Shown: piece after piece, positions 12,216 to 26,100 of the stretch
Numbering within the stretch: the stretch's first letter is position 1
Layout: every line of letters begins with the position of its first letter
Source: Paramecium tetraurelia
Taxonomy: Eukaryota
Assembly: GCA_000165425.1 (NCBI GenBank)
Contig: CT868529.1
Location: 372,001 to 434,853 of the forward strand
DNA: 62,853 nucleotides
Direction: 5' to 3'
The notes under the pieces: model-generated
What the model was told of the DNA's origin: nothing
Seen by the model: only the letters and a program-made list of their open reading frames with translations
The model's database searches: none
Position numbers and translations under genes: made by a program

Positions 12216-12802
12216 TATATATATATAAACATACTTAAATGATTATTATAAGTTTATAATTACTCTAATCCAATTTCATCACTTTTATTCATCTTTACTA
12301 TTTTTTTCAACTTTTCACTTTTTTTTTTCATCATTTATACAATTACACAATCAAATCAAAATATCAAATCAATTTTATGGTGACAAATCTATATCAATAT
12401 ATAGGTCAGTCCATGAGCCCTAACTTTTTATTACCTTATCTAAATTATAGGAAGGATAATTTAATCTAAAAATAATTTTCATTTTCTGTTCTTCATCTAT
12501 AAAAGAGAGTTAAAAAGTAATATTTGTGGATTGGTTGAATGTTTGATGAATCTTAAAACCTAATACACCTAAAACTACTCGTGCATTTCCCTACTAAACT
12601 TTTTATGAATCATAAGAATTAGTATTTTACAGAATTATTTTCTATAATGGAGAAATTATCACAATAGCTGTCATTCTACTCAATCTTCTTTAAATGTTAG
12701 AGCTAACTTTAATACATTATTTTCATTTTTTCATAAAAAATTAATAATAATTTAATTTGCTATTAATTTTAATAAGTGATTCATTTAAACTGAAAAAGAA
12801 TT

Positions 12803-14394
12803 TCATATTTATTGTTCATAGTAAACTTCGCTAATCCAAGGCTAATCAGTTTTCTCATATTTATCGGGAGGAAATTTAAAAGATAGTTATTCAATAATTG
12901 ATTATTTTAATTTCGCTGAATCCTTTTTTGGAGGATATAAAACACCTAATTCAGTATTTGATATAAAAAGTTGAGTAGCATTCTTCTCTAACCTTCCCCA
13001 AGCAGCCTAACTTAAATTATGACTTCCAATATAAATTGATGTTTTATCATCTATTTTTTCATCTATTCCAGTTATTATCATCACCTTTAGATGTGGAATA
13101 TTGCCAGCATGCCAATAATAATAATTAGAACCTTGATATCTATGGAAAATATTTTTTGGAAATTTTGGGTTGTCATATTATTACTTTCTAAGAAATAAAG
13201 GATTTGCATACTCTGGCCCAGCAGAGGTTTAATTTTAAATATAATCAGAAGTTGGATATATTAATTTTAAGATAGATTTCTCTTCTTATTAATTAAATAG
13301 CATTTGAGCAATTGATTTATTATTTTATTCTATTTTTTAGGATTATTTAATTTATTATCCAGAACAACATTGTTAAACAAAATCAACATAATTAACATCT
13401 AACTGGCCAATACTTGTAGTTTAGTATGCTATACTAACTTATTTAGGGATTTCAAAATCACTACTTTTAAGTTCTGAATTTATAACAGATTAAATTCTCA
13501 TCATTCCATATTTATTCATCTGATTTCCAGTGAATCTTCCAGGAATTGATGTAATCAACCTAATATTAATGTTTTGAAAGTCGTAATCATTATATTTTAT
13601 CTTAAGAAGATCTTCAAACTTATGAGAACTTGGAAGAATATTATCTAAAAATTCCTTCAAACCTACCTTAAATTCTTTTGATACTTCATCTAATTCACTA
13701 TTCCCTATTTAAAAATCTTATATCCACATTGCTTATGACCAAACTGTCCAATCTCCAACATGTAAATTTTAACTCCCAATTACAATTCTAATAAACTTTG
13801 GAAATTTCAATATCCAAATTTTTGGATGAAATGACCCTCCAAAAGTTATAGAACTTAATTTCGAAGGTTTAATCACAGTCCAATTTGGGTGACCATTAAA
13901 TTCTTCAATAATTTCTAGTTTTTTGTCATTATTATCATTATCATTAATAATAAATAATTTGACTCCTGATAAAACTAAGGGTTTAAGCAGATGATCCTCA
14001 AAACCGTAGCAAGTCATCAAAGCAGCTTCTAAAGTAATTTTAGGCTTTTCTTTTTATACTAAATTTTATTAATCATTTTCATACCATCAGAGTAAGCATT
14101 CTCTTGTATAATATTTATGAATGATAATATATGCGATTATTTTTCTTCTTTAGGATATTAAGATAATTGATTTAAGCAAAACTTACCAACTGGAAAGCAA
14201 AGCTTAATTTTTTCATCAACTTATTTTACTTCATCTCCTTCATTTTTTTATTATTCTTGCTTCTCTTATTTTACGTCCTCTAGTCTCTTTTAATTTTCTA
14301 AGTATAACTATTTTTAAAGAGAATTAACATTTATGTAAGAGGAATTAATTTCCTCTTATTCTTCGGATAGTTCCTATAGAGTTCTTTTTTTCAT
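12803..14394 (-). CDS. TDP1: Tyrosyl-DNA phosphodiesterase 1
   Basis: Two HxK catalytic motifs: SFHPKIWILKFPKFIRIVIGSQNL..GDW and IPHLKVM...IYIGSHNLSQAAWG...ISNTELGVL. Also IIYPTSD and the C-terminal PPDKYEKTDQPW. Confidence 0.93.
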
Positions 14395-14487
14395 AATTTT
14401 TTTATTTTATGAGAAAAGAATTGAATAAAAATAAATTCAATTAATTTTTATATTCTTTGTAATAAAAATCTTTTTTCCCACTTTTCA

Positions 14488-15129
14488 TCAAGATATTGAA
14501 TTCTTTCGTTTGGATGATCCTGAATCAGAGGGTGATCTTCTAGGACTAATGCTTCTCTTTTTTTATCTCGCATCTCTCCTTGGACTTCTGCTATGTCTTT
14601 TTCTTCTGTTTTGATATCTTCTTCTTCTAGATCTAGATGATGAATTTGAAGAGTATGATCTAGAAACAGATCTTCTATGACGCCTCCTAATTTAAATAGC
14701 TTTAAATACTTGGATCTTGAATTAGACCTCCTTCTGCTCCTTCTTGGTGATCTTCCATTAGGACAATTACGAGCCCTAAAGAATATACCATACTTATATA
14801 CCAATGCCCACCTTTACTGCATTTGAAACATTTATCCTCATCATTTGGTCCAGTTTTTCTTCCCTTTTTGTTATCTACCACATCAACTTTCAATTTCTAT
14901 CCATTATATGTTTGCCCATTTGTTGCCTTTAACGCATCTTGCGCCTCTTGTTCATTACTAAAAGTCTTAATTTCAAATAACTTCATACTACAAATGAGTA
15001 AGATCCCTTATATGCCACATCCTTAATTGTTCCATACTTTTTAAAGATTTCCTTTATATCTTTGTCTCCAGATACTTTGCTACGACTGTAACCTGCAACA
15101 AAAAGTTGATTTGGGACGATATCTCCCAT
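14488..15129 (-). CDS. SR splicing factor, RRM + CCHC zinc knuckle + RS domain (SRSF7/RSZ-like)
   Basis: QLFVAG...FKKYGTIKDV..KGSYSFV|TFSNEQEAQDA, then KCFKCSKGGHW|ARNCP, then an RS-rich tail. Three short introns. Confidence 0.92.
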
Positions 15130-15163
15130 TTAATTAAATTTATGAACTAAATACACTTTTTCT

Positions 15164-15451
15164 ATGAAAAATGAACTATAAAATTTGGTTAAAAACACAA
15201 ACAAAAGTTTTGGAGACTAGATAGAAATAAATAAGACATTGGTTAATCAAATTTCGAAAATTCTTTAAAGCTAAAAAATTAGATCAAAATACAAGAAGAA
15301 ACTTTTTAAAGTAAGAAAATAAGCTACAAATAACTCTAAACTTGATATAAATCTATTTTCGGGTGCAATATTAAAAGACAACCTTATAGCGAGCTCATCT
15401 AACTTCTGGTTATTATACCGAAGATTATAATGCTAAATATTAATAGATTGA
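15164..15451 (+). CDS. Hypothetical 95-aa protein
   Basis: Uninterrupted code-6 ORF MKNELQNLVKNTNKSFGDQIE...ILID-TGA, divergent from the SR gene. No recognisable domain. Confidence 0.35.
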
Positions 15452-15860
15452 GTTAATATATTTATTTTTTAATTATTATATCAAATTTTAGAATAAATTG
15501 AAAAGTCTTATTAGACAAAAAATAAAGTTGAGCAAGAAATAATGATTGATTTAATTCAATATTTATTAACAAATTGTTTAATACAATCAATTAATATAAA
15601 ATCAAAAACACAATTCAAAAAAGGACTTTATATTTCTATAATTCTTAAGTACTAATTCTGTTGATTTTATGAAAATACATTTAATTACAATAAACATTAA
15701 TAAATTTGATAACATATTCTAAATTATAAAATGTATGGATTGATGGAGCTAAAAGGAAGTACTTTGATTTAGCTTTCCTTTTTATTTAGTTCATGACATT
15801 CACTTTAAGTACTTTTCTATGAATAAAAAAAGTCATTAAAATTTATATAATTTATATTTT

Positions 15861-16370
15861 ATGTCGGAAATAGAGGAAATAAATTTAGAGTAGACTACAT
15901 CCAAGAATAGATAATAGAGACAGTAACCTTAATAAGGAAAAACTCGAAAACCAATTAGAAAATTCAAAAGATAGAATAATTCCTTCTAATTCAAAGGTAG
16001 GGATAGAGAGAGAGATGCACCAAGATAAAAAGAATGGAAATAATAATAATAAAACAGTGGAAATGCTCCAGAACTCTATGAAATTGATATATACAATTTT
16101 TTAGCAAAAAACTAGATCTCAGATCTCATTGTAATAGATTGGTTAATTTTAGAGCGATATAAAGACAAGATGTGGTGAATTAGTAAAACTTCATATCGTC
16201 GCAAACAACATTTAAGAAAATGAAGCTGAGACGAGAGTATGATTTAATAATATAAGCAGGTTATTTTAAAAGCTTTTTTTAAGGATAAAAAATCAGCTGA
16301 TGAATGTTATTTTTAATATAGTGATGCCACTCTAGATAAGTTGCTTTTAAGAACAGAGCGTAAATATTGA
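15861..16370 (+). CDS. Small RRM-like RNA-binding protein (possibly ALY/REF-like)
   Basis: Basic N-terminus then YEIDIYNFL...ISDIKTRCGELVKLHI...ILKAFFKDKKSADECYFQYSDATLDKLLLRTE after removing introns at 16131-16152 and about 16237-16256. Confidence 0.55.
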
Positions 16371-16623
16371 TGTAAATTTAATATATATAAAAATAAGAGA
16401 TTAATATGAATTATTCAAATCTATAAGTAAGCCCCTTATTCTTATATATAAAACGATCCTCAAATTGATGTCTTTCAAATAATATTCCTAATGGAATGAA
16501 ATGATTGCATCAAATTTTGATCTCTTTCATTAAAAATAGCACTCTTGTCAATCTAATAAAAATATTATGTAAAGTTTAACAACAGAATAAATCTCATTTT
16601 TACATTTAATATTTTTGAAAATT

Positions 16624-17766
16624 ATGGGAAATATTTGTTTTAAAGAAGAATTTGTTTAAAATGATTTTGTTAAACTAAAATTTGATGAAGATGATCTCTA
16701 AGCAACATCTATCTAAATAGAAGGCAGAGAAGCAAAGTAAAAGGTCAAATTATCCGATTTTAAGAAATTAAAACCGCTTGGGTAGGGAGCCTATGGAAAA
16801 GTTATGTTAGTTGAATATTATAAAAATGGAATACAGAAGTTATATGCGATGAAGATATTAGAAAAAAAGAATATTAAGAAGGAATCTTAAATTAGGCATG
16901 TATTTGATGAAAGAAAAATATTAGAGAAGACAGATTCAAATTTTGTTGTGAAGTAATTCTCTTATTTAGGTTTATAGACTAAGGTATGCATTTTAAAATC
17001 ATGCTCGTCTCTATTTTATTGTTGATTATATGGCAGGAGGAGATTTTTATTATCATATTAAATCGTAGCCGAGCGTTCCTGATCACTTCATAAAATTTTA
17101 TTCAGCAGAAATAATATTTGGATTATAACACTTACATTCTTTGAATGTAATATATAGGGATCTTAAACCGGAAAATATTCTTGTAAGTGAATCTAGACAT
17201 ATCAAATTATCTGATTTTGGTCTGTCTAAAATTCTTGAAAATGATAATGAAAAGGCTAAGACTTGCTGTGGAACAATAGATTATTTGGCTCCAGAAGTTT
17301 TAGTAAATGATGGATATACTTTTACTTGTGATTTTTACAGTCTTGGATGTCTAATTTATGAGATGTACTTTGGAAAACCTCCTTTTTACAGTAAAGATAA
17401 AAAATAAATGATGGAGAATAGAATTATCAGATTAGTACCTTTTTTAGAATTGTGCTCTAAAGAAGCAAGAGATTTGCTTACAAAACTTCTCGAAGTTGAT
17501 GTATGATATGTTTATGATTAGATAAGCCAAAGAAGAGATTAGGAAGAAAGGGGGCTCAGCAGATTTTAGATCATGCATTTTTTAAGGAATTAGATATAAA
17601 AAAGATGAAGGATTTATAAATTGAGCCACCTATTACACTTATTTAATCAAATAAGGTAGATTAAAAAATTTTTAAGGAAAAAATACCAAAGACTTAATCG
17701 AAAAAAGAAAATCTTAAAATTTTTGAAGGATTTACTTATTTCCAGAAGGAAAGTTAAGATAATTGA
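16624..17766 (+). CDS. AGC-family Ser/Thr protein kinase
   Basis: LGQGAYGKV, YAMK, YRDLKPEN, DFG, TCCGTIDYLAPE, and the C-terminal hydrophobic motif FEGFTY. N-terminus MGNICF. Confidence 0.93.
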
Positions 17767-17812
17767 TAATTTATTTTCTCGGACATTTAATTATTAATGT
17801 ATAATAATTATT

Positions 17813-20076
17813 ATGTTACCAAAATAAAATGCATCTTCTTATATTATGGTTCTTCCAAGTAGTAATTAATCTTACATATCCACTGAACAGCCATTTGTTT
17901 AAAAGTCTACTGTGTTGCCTGAGTCTAGGAGTAAAATGATAATTCCTTACAATATGACTCCATTAGTGAAGGTATAGTATTGATCTGAAATTAGTTGTTT
18001 GAACCAATTAAGACTAAATTCATTCCAAGAGATGCTGTGAATCAATCAATTCAGTACTTCAATGAACCTGCTGAATATTCCTAAGCAGAAATAGATTTGC
18101 TTGATTAATCTCTAGATAAATCAATTTAGTAGCATCATTAAGAAAACTACGATCCTTTACAACCAGTTTAAATGCCTTAATAGCCAGACATTATCTCATA
18201 CCCGTAGTTATTTGTTGAACCTCCTATCTTAATTCCATACTTTATGGATTATATCAATTGGGATTTGAATAAAATGAAGAGCATAGTCAGAACGGAAGAA
18301 GATGAAACAACTCGGTATATGAATTTTTATAGATACTTTAAATTCATAACAACTAAAATTTAGCATAAATATTACACAGCCAAAGGTTTAATCAAGTTGT
18401 TAATTGAAAAATATTAAATAGTGCAACGTTTGAATGAACTATAGATGGATTTAAAATATCATCTAGACAATCAGGTTGGAGATTTGGCCCATTAAAGTCT
18501 TGAGCAACTCAAGAAGCATGAATGGGTTCAACAGGAGTTAGATTTTGAAAAATTAAGACAAAAAATATATCAAATCCGCAGAGAAAGCTTTGAAATATTA
18601 ATGTTAACAGAACATGTTGAGGATTGTGTGTTATAAGAGACATCATTTACAGATTAACTAAATTAATTAAGGGCAGAATTGGATCATTCTTATGACTTAT
18701 TCGAAGAATAAATACTAATCTACATCTTTCATGATGTTGCTGGAGTGGAAGTATGCATGAACTATTTAATTGATGATATAATGAATGAAGAAATCGAGGA
18801 ATTGAAATTTTTTAATTCCATCCCAAACTTCATCAAAGATTTAGATAATTTTGGAGTAGAATTAAGACACTTAGTTAAACATCTGAGATTGATTATCAAA
18901 TCTTTGACAGATAAAACTAATTAAAATCTAATAGATTTGAATAAAGCACATAGATCTCTGGAAATAGAGGTTAAAAAGATAATTGAACTCTTTAATGAGA
19001 TTCCAGCTATGGTTACAAAGATGCAACTCAGCATAAACTAAGCAAGAATTATATTGTAAAAGATCAAACTCCCCCATAATAATTATAGAGCAGAAAACCA
19101 AGAAATCTATGATGAATATTTGAAATTGTAGGAGGAAAATACAAAACTTGAATAGTTAATTTAAAGACGTATCAACAAAGCCGCAATCATTAGTCAAGTA
19201 TGTGAAGAGTAGAAAAACATTTTACAATTTGAAATAACATAACTAAAAGAGGACAATAAGAATGTGATTGAACTTTACCAGTTATTATAAGGAATACAAG
19301 AGAAGGAATTTTAATTGTCTAAAATTTAATCATAAAGAACAGAGATATGGTATTAAATGAAATAGGTAAAATCAGAAGAAATTTAATAATTAAATCATAT
19401 AGAGTTGAAGTAATTGGAATAAAAATGCATTAATATCATAGAATAGATCACATCATATTTTGGTTAGAATAGGATGCCTCATTAATTTATAAGATTAAAA
19501 TTATGGGCCGAATCGGAATTGATGGCTTTAAAAATAAAGTTTGATGTTCCGAAGGTAAACCTTAATGCTTTGGATTCCTCTCTAAAATAAAGAATCGAGA
19601 AACTAGTAAAATGGGAATATAGTGAGGAATAAAATGAGGAATAGAATGTTTCATAATATATCTAATACTTCCACAATTTGAATCAAGATATAAGTGTATA
19701 GTAGCCTGACATTGAATTAGAGTTGGATAACTAATTTGAATTGCTTCAAGACGATGAGGAATTACTTCAATTGAATGAGACGTATACGATTTGGAAGAAT
19801 ATGTAGACAGCTGCAATTTATTTAAATGACGATTATTTGTAAGGTCTGCTTTCGTCGCATGACTAAGATCGTCTGGTAAAGTTCAGGAAAAATGTGTCTC
19901 ATTTGTTTATATTCTTTAAGCTGATGAAACAGGATTAGTATGTGGGGTATGTTGATGAAGTTGAATAATTGGCAGATCTGCTAATTCAAGGAAGAAAGTT
20001 GGATGCAAAATCTTTTATAAAGTCCTCTAGGTTTATTCCAAAAAATTACAGAGAGAATTTGCTGAGTGCATTTTGA
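17813..20076 (+). CDS. Hypothetical coiled-coil protein
   Basis: Long code-6 ORF with two short introns (about 17972 and 18315), Q/E/L-rich helical composition, TGA at 20074-20076. Confidence 0.75.
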
Positions 20077-20115
20077 AATATTCAATGAATGACTTGATTT
20101 TTAATTAATTATTTT

Positions 20116-23100
20116 ATGAATTTCAGATAAGATCAAATTGATTATAAGGATCTGGTGCGAAGGAGAGAGGAGAAACGCCAGGTCGTTGGAAAGAAGAAGA
20201 ATCAATTTGCTACAAGTATCAAGCTTATTTACAACTTAGATTCACTTTCAAATAATGAAGAGGTGTACAAACAGTTATATCGCTTTGATCCAGAGGTATG
20301 GAAGTTTTAAAATAAAATAGAGAGAATTATAAGAATACAGTCTAGCTAAGAATGAGGAATAGCCTATTTAGCAAGCTGGACCCATTGAATAATCGCAAGA
20401 GGAGCCAATCGAAGAGGAGGAGCAAGTAGTGATTAGAATAATAAAATTAGGCTTAGCCAGACAATGTTACATATACAGGAATGGTGAAGGGATTATTTAA
20501 AGAGAAGGTGCAAGTGTCTAAAATACAAAAAGCCAATTACATAGATGCTACTGTCTTCCATTAATATTAGAAATTAATTTAAACTGGGGAAGACGCCATC
20601 AAATTTTTTGCTAAGTATGGAAACACTACTCCAATTAAATTTATTAATTGTGTGAGCAAAGCTGGATTTATTGAACTCTAATGTGAAGCTTACAATAAGA
20701 AAGAGAAATTAAGGCGTCAAAGTAATACTGACAGCGCTGAACTTGAGTTGCCTATGGAATTCAATAAAAGTAAAGAGCCCTTCCGACCTTATGATCTAAT
20801 TGTTGTCAAAACAAGGGAGAATCAAAAGGAATAAACATTAAGAGAATATTATACTATATCTGCCCATGGAATTGTCCATGTTTATACTGATAAAGGAAAG
20901 AAGAGAATGCAAGGGGATTCTAGCACTGAAGTCATCTCACTTTCTGATTGGATGCATGAGAGTACTATGTTCAATATTATCACCAATATTTAATTTTTCA
21001 AAAATTATGCCATAAGTAATAACTTTATATTATTCTAGCCAAAATCTTTAATATTTGGAAATCCAATGTCAGATACAATCTATTTAGTAAGACCAGAAAA
21101 AGGTTGATACATGAATCCTTTGTAGCTAAACCAGCCTTTGCTCAGCACTTGATGGACATCAATCAAATGATGTATGAATTACAACTCCAGAAAACCCTAA
21201 GTAACAGTATTCAATAAGCCAATAAAACTTGGGAAGCTGATGACTTCTTCAAAGGAGATTAGAAGAAAGCCAGATCAGATGCCTCTAAGCATTATGATTC
21301 TGTGATTGATAAAGTCTTATAAAAATTAGACACTGTCTGTAAAGAAGTTATTGATAGGACGAACCAAAACAATTAATAAGAAAATGAAGAAGCCAGATTT
21401 GGATAATAAGTCAAATAGAAACCTATGAATGAAGAGAGGAAGGAAAAGGAGGAAAACGCTTTGCTTTTACAATTGGCAGAAAAAGACAAAGGCAGATTAC
21501 ATTTGTTCATCAAATTGGTCGATTATATGACAGTTGAAACACTAGTGTCTATCAATCAGACATCTATGAGTATGTTATTAGAGGAAATGAAAAAGGAACG
21601 TAAAAATGGATTGTTCAATACAGCAGTTAATTTTGATGTTTAAATATTCACACCTGACGAAAAAGAAATCTCAGAACATCTGAAATGCTTATTAGATGAC
21701 ATGATTGTGGTTATGAGAAATACTGCTAGAGTAATATCTCATTAAAGTATGATTGGATACATAAAGAACACTAAACTAGGAGAATTGCTATCTGAGTAAA
21801 AAGAAAATAAGGATTGCATTGCTGATGTCCAAGGTATCATTACTGATAGCATTGAATATTAAAATATCAAAAATGAAATATTTGAAAAAGTAACTAATGA
21901 TTTTCTAGCTGCAGAAGCCTATGTCACTACAAATTACATGAAATGTAAACCAATTTATGAATTTTTAAATACTTGGAATTAAGGCGACTTTGAAAAAGAA
22001 GAACACACACTCGATATCATCAAATCTCATGTTATAGAACTGAAAAAATGGTTGTAGGATATCAATTTTTATATTAAAGATATCGCTAAAGGAATTCTTA
22101 ATGTAGATGGCAAGAAAATTAAAAACAAACTCTAACCATAAGTTATTACCAAATTAGAAAATTTTAAAGATTACTTATATAAATTGATGTAAAAGAAAGC
22201 AAATCAAACTTTAACCACTTTATAGACATACACATCAAATTTATCTAAGAATCCCTAAAATCTTAAAGAATATGCTGAATTTATAGAGGCAATTTAAGAA
22301 GCTGAATAAAATATCAAAGGACTAGAAATAGCGAAAATAGAAGTTGAAGCTATGCATTCTTTGTTAAAATCGAAATTTGACTTGAATCCTTTGAAAAACT
22401 CTGATATTGTAATGATGGACGATATTCAAGCTGAATATTTAAGATTGACTTTGAAAATTAAAGAAGCGGAAGAGTTATGTAAAGAAAGAAAATAAGAAAT
22501 GATGAAAAAGCATGAGGCGGAATTCGCCAAATTCATTACCAATATTCAAAATACCACTTCATCAGTTAATAAAGGAAAATTAATATTAGAGGATACTTAA
22601 CCTGCAGATGCACTACAATAATTAAATGAAATCAAACTCAGATCTTTAGACAGATTCAAAGAGATGGATAAGAATTATTTGCACTATGCCAAATTAATGG
22701 GATTGAGTGTTTCAACAAATAGAGATTTACAAGAATTGGAAGCTACTTATAATGATCGAAGGATGCTTTGGACTCACTCTGATAAATTCAACAAATTATA
22801 TGAAGATTTGTAAAAAAACATATTTACCACATTGAATGTTGAGGAAATAGAAAAAGAAATGAAAAGCTATGAAATTGGAATTTTGAAGTTAAGATAAAAC
22901 ATCAATAATCTATCAAAGGAAGGAAGAGATAAAGTATTAGATCAGCATGCTACTAGAGTCAGTAGTGTTTCAAATATTATGCCTGTGATATAAGCATTAG
23001 GAAATAAAGATCTAAGACCTAGACATTGGAAGAAAATATTTGAAGACTTAGGATCATCTTGGTAACCAGGAAAAACATTTACACTCTAAGAGTTGCTAGC

Positions 23101-26100
23101 TGATGGTGTTATGAATAAGAAGGATAAGATAGAAGAAATATCAGCCAAGGCATCAGGTGAAGCTAGTATTGAAGCATAAATTGAAGATATTAAATCAAAG
23201 TGGTCATAATTATCATTCATAGTCAATCATTATAGAGAAGCTAAGGATAAATTTATTATTGGTTCTTTAGATGATATTATTGCAGCATTAGATGATCATT
23301 AATTAAAAGTCTAAACTATGTTGGGTACTAGATTTGTTGCTGAAATCAGACCAGTTGTCGAGGAGTGGGAAAGAAAGTTAGTTCTCATTTCAGATATTAT
23401 TGATGAATGGCTATCTTGTCAAAGATAATGGATGTATTTAGAAAACATTTTCAGTGCTGATGATATTTAAAAATAATTACCATTAAGAAACAACTAAATT
23501 TATGGGTGTTGATAAATTTTGGAGAGACATTATGATGAAAACATTCAAAAGACCATTAGTATAAGATTGTTGTAATTACTGAAAGAATTATTAAAGAAGT
23601 TTTAGATTAATAATAAAATATTGGAAGATATTTAAAAGAGCTTAGATAATTATCTAGAAACAAAGAGGTAAGCATTTCCAAGATTTTACTTTTTGTCAAA
23701 TGATGAGTTATTGGAAATTTTATCATAAACTCGTAATCCTCATGCAGTTTAAGCTCATTTAAGAAAGTGTTTTGATAACATAAATAGAATAAAATTCTCT
23801 GATATAGAAGATTCAACTGAAATTATTGCAATGTAATCAGCAGAACCAGAGACAATGCCTGACAATTAGTTCCAATTTTCAACAATAGTTATGGCTTAAG
23901 GTCCAGTAGAACATTGGCTATTAGAGAATTCAAAATATGATGGTTAAATCATTATATGATATTACTAAGAAGGCATATTTAGCATATCCATAAAAGGAAT
24001 TAGAGAGAGATGAGTGGTTATTCGACTACCCAGCATAACCAGTTTTGACAGTAGATTTGATAAAATGGACAGAAGGATGTACAACAGCAATTGAGAGAAT
24101 GGGTATGGGTAGAAAGACATCATTATCATAATATTACGATTTTATGGTCTAATTATTGAATAGGGAAGTATCAATTGTGAGAGGAGATCTGAATACACTT
24201 CAAAGAACATTGATGGGTGCTTTGATTGTGTTGGATGTACATGCTAGAGATGTTGTTGCAACTATGGTTGATAAGAATGTAGCATCTTTGAATGATTTTG
24301 AATGGGCTAAGCAATTGAGATATTATTGGGAGGCAGATGTAGACAATTGTGTAGTCAGATAAACCAATACAAGATTCATTTATGGTTATGAATACTTGGG
24401 TAATGGACCAAGATTAGTTATTACTCCACTTACTAGATAAATGTTATATGACATTGACCGGAGCATTACATTTAAATTTTGGAGGTGCTCCTGCAGGACC
24501 TGCTGGTACTGGTAAAACTGAAACAACTAAGGATTTGGCTAAAGCATTAGCTGTTCAATGTGTGGTGTTTAATTGTTCTGATGGTTTGGATTTCAAAACA
24601 ATGGGTAGATTCTTTTCAGGATTAGCATAATGTGGAGCTTGGGCATGTTTCGATGAATTTAATCGTATAGATATTGAAGTCTTGTCAGTCATAGCCTAAT
24701 AAATATTAACCATCTAATAGGCTATTAGGTAGAAAGTGGATCAATTTGATTTTGAATCTCGTACAATTCCTTTGAATAGAAGATTTGGAGTATTTATTAC
24801 AATGAATCCAGGATATGCAGGTAGAACTGAATTACCAGATAATCTTAAGGCTTTATTCAGACCAGTAGCTATGATGATTCCCGATTATGCTATGATTGCA
24901 GAAATCATTCTATTTTCAGAAGGATTTGAAGGTGGTAGAATATTAGCTCGTAAGATGGTTAATTTATATTCATTATCATCTGAACAATTAAGTAAACAAG
25001 ATCATTATGATTTTGGTATGAGAGCAGTCAAATCAGTATTGGTTATGGCAGGTGCCTTACGTAGAAAGAATGCAAATAAACCTGAGAATGAAGTGCTTAT
25101 AAAAGCAATGAAGGATAGCAATGTACCAAAGTTTCTTGAGCATGATCTACCATTATTCAATGGAATCATCAAAGATTTATTCCCAGAAGTGGATATGAAA
25201 GAAGAAATCGATAAATAATTAGTTGATGCTATTACAAATTAACTCAAATTAATTCACTATGATGATCCAGCTGCATATAAAAAGAAGATCTGCTAATCTT
25301 GATGGAAACCATCTTAAGTGAGACACGGAGTCATGGTTGTTGGTCTAACTGGTACTGGTAAGACTACATTAATACATACACTTGCAAGAGCTATGGAATA
25401 ATTAAACAAAGAAGGATCTTAAGATTATTATCATAAAGTTGTGTAAAAGTAAACATTGAATCCAAAATCAGTTACAATGAATGAATTGTTTGGCTATACT
25501 AATGTGTTAACAAATGAATGGACAGATGGTATTGTTGCTAGTATAGTAAGAACTGCAGTTACAGATACAACTGATCAGAAGAAATGGATCATTTTTGATG
25601 GTCCTGTAGATGCACTTTGGATTGAAAATATGAATACAGTGTTGGATGATAATAAGATGTTATGTTTAAACAATGGTCAGAGAATTAAGTTGCCTGCAAC
25701 ATTCACTATGATGTTTGAAGTATAAGATTTGGCAGTTGCATCTCCAGCTACAGTAAGTAGATGTGGTATGGTTTATATGGAACCACATCATCTAGGATGG
25801 GAACCATTAGTTAAGACTTGGGGGGTCTAATTGAGAGAATAATATATGAAAGACGATAAGGTTCCAACTTATGTTGACACTCTAATTGATAAGATTGAGC
25901 ATTTCTTTAAGGATAACTTGAAAGTTGTGAGAGAAGAATTCAAAGAGAAAATTCCAACTACTGTTAACAATATCTTGAAATCGCTACTAAATTTGGCTTA
26001 AATCAATCTGAAATTATTGACTGATACAGTTGTTCTAGAGAAGATGAACAAGTTTGATATGGAATCTCATATAGCTATGGTTTTGATTTTCAGTTACATC

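Larger units (their letters stand above)
10548..12391 (-). repeat. Right arm of inverted segmental duplication
   Basis: Reverse complement of about 2872-4575, with ~160-190 nt of extra sequence at about 11175-11355 and an expanded ATA tract. Confidence 0.95.

Noticed and set aside
12041..12232. Poly-Ile N-terminus in the ORF track
   Set aside because: It is a translation of the ATA microsatellite. The likely start is ATG 12160, matching copy A.
2872..12391. Transposon with long terminal inverted repeats
   Set aside because: The arms contain intron-bearing cellular-type genes, the spacer holds housekeeping genes, and I saw no transposase or target-site duplication.
17813..20076. N-terminal extension of the dynein gene
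   Set aside because: It ends in a TGA at 20074-20076, followed by an AT-rich spacer and a new ATG at 20116.
23480..25320. Retained IESs or programmed ribosomal frameshifting
   Set aside because: The disruptions are 1-2 nt, far below IES size, not TA-bounded, and share no slippery motif.
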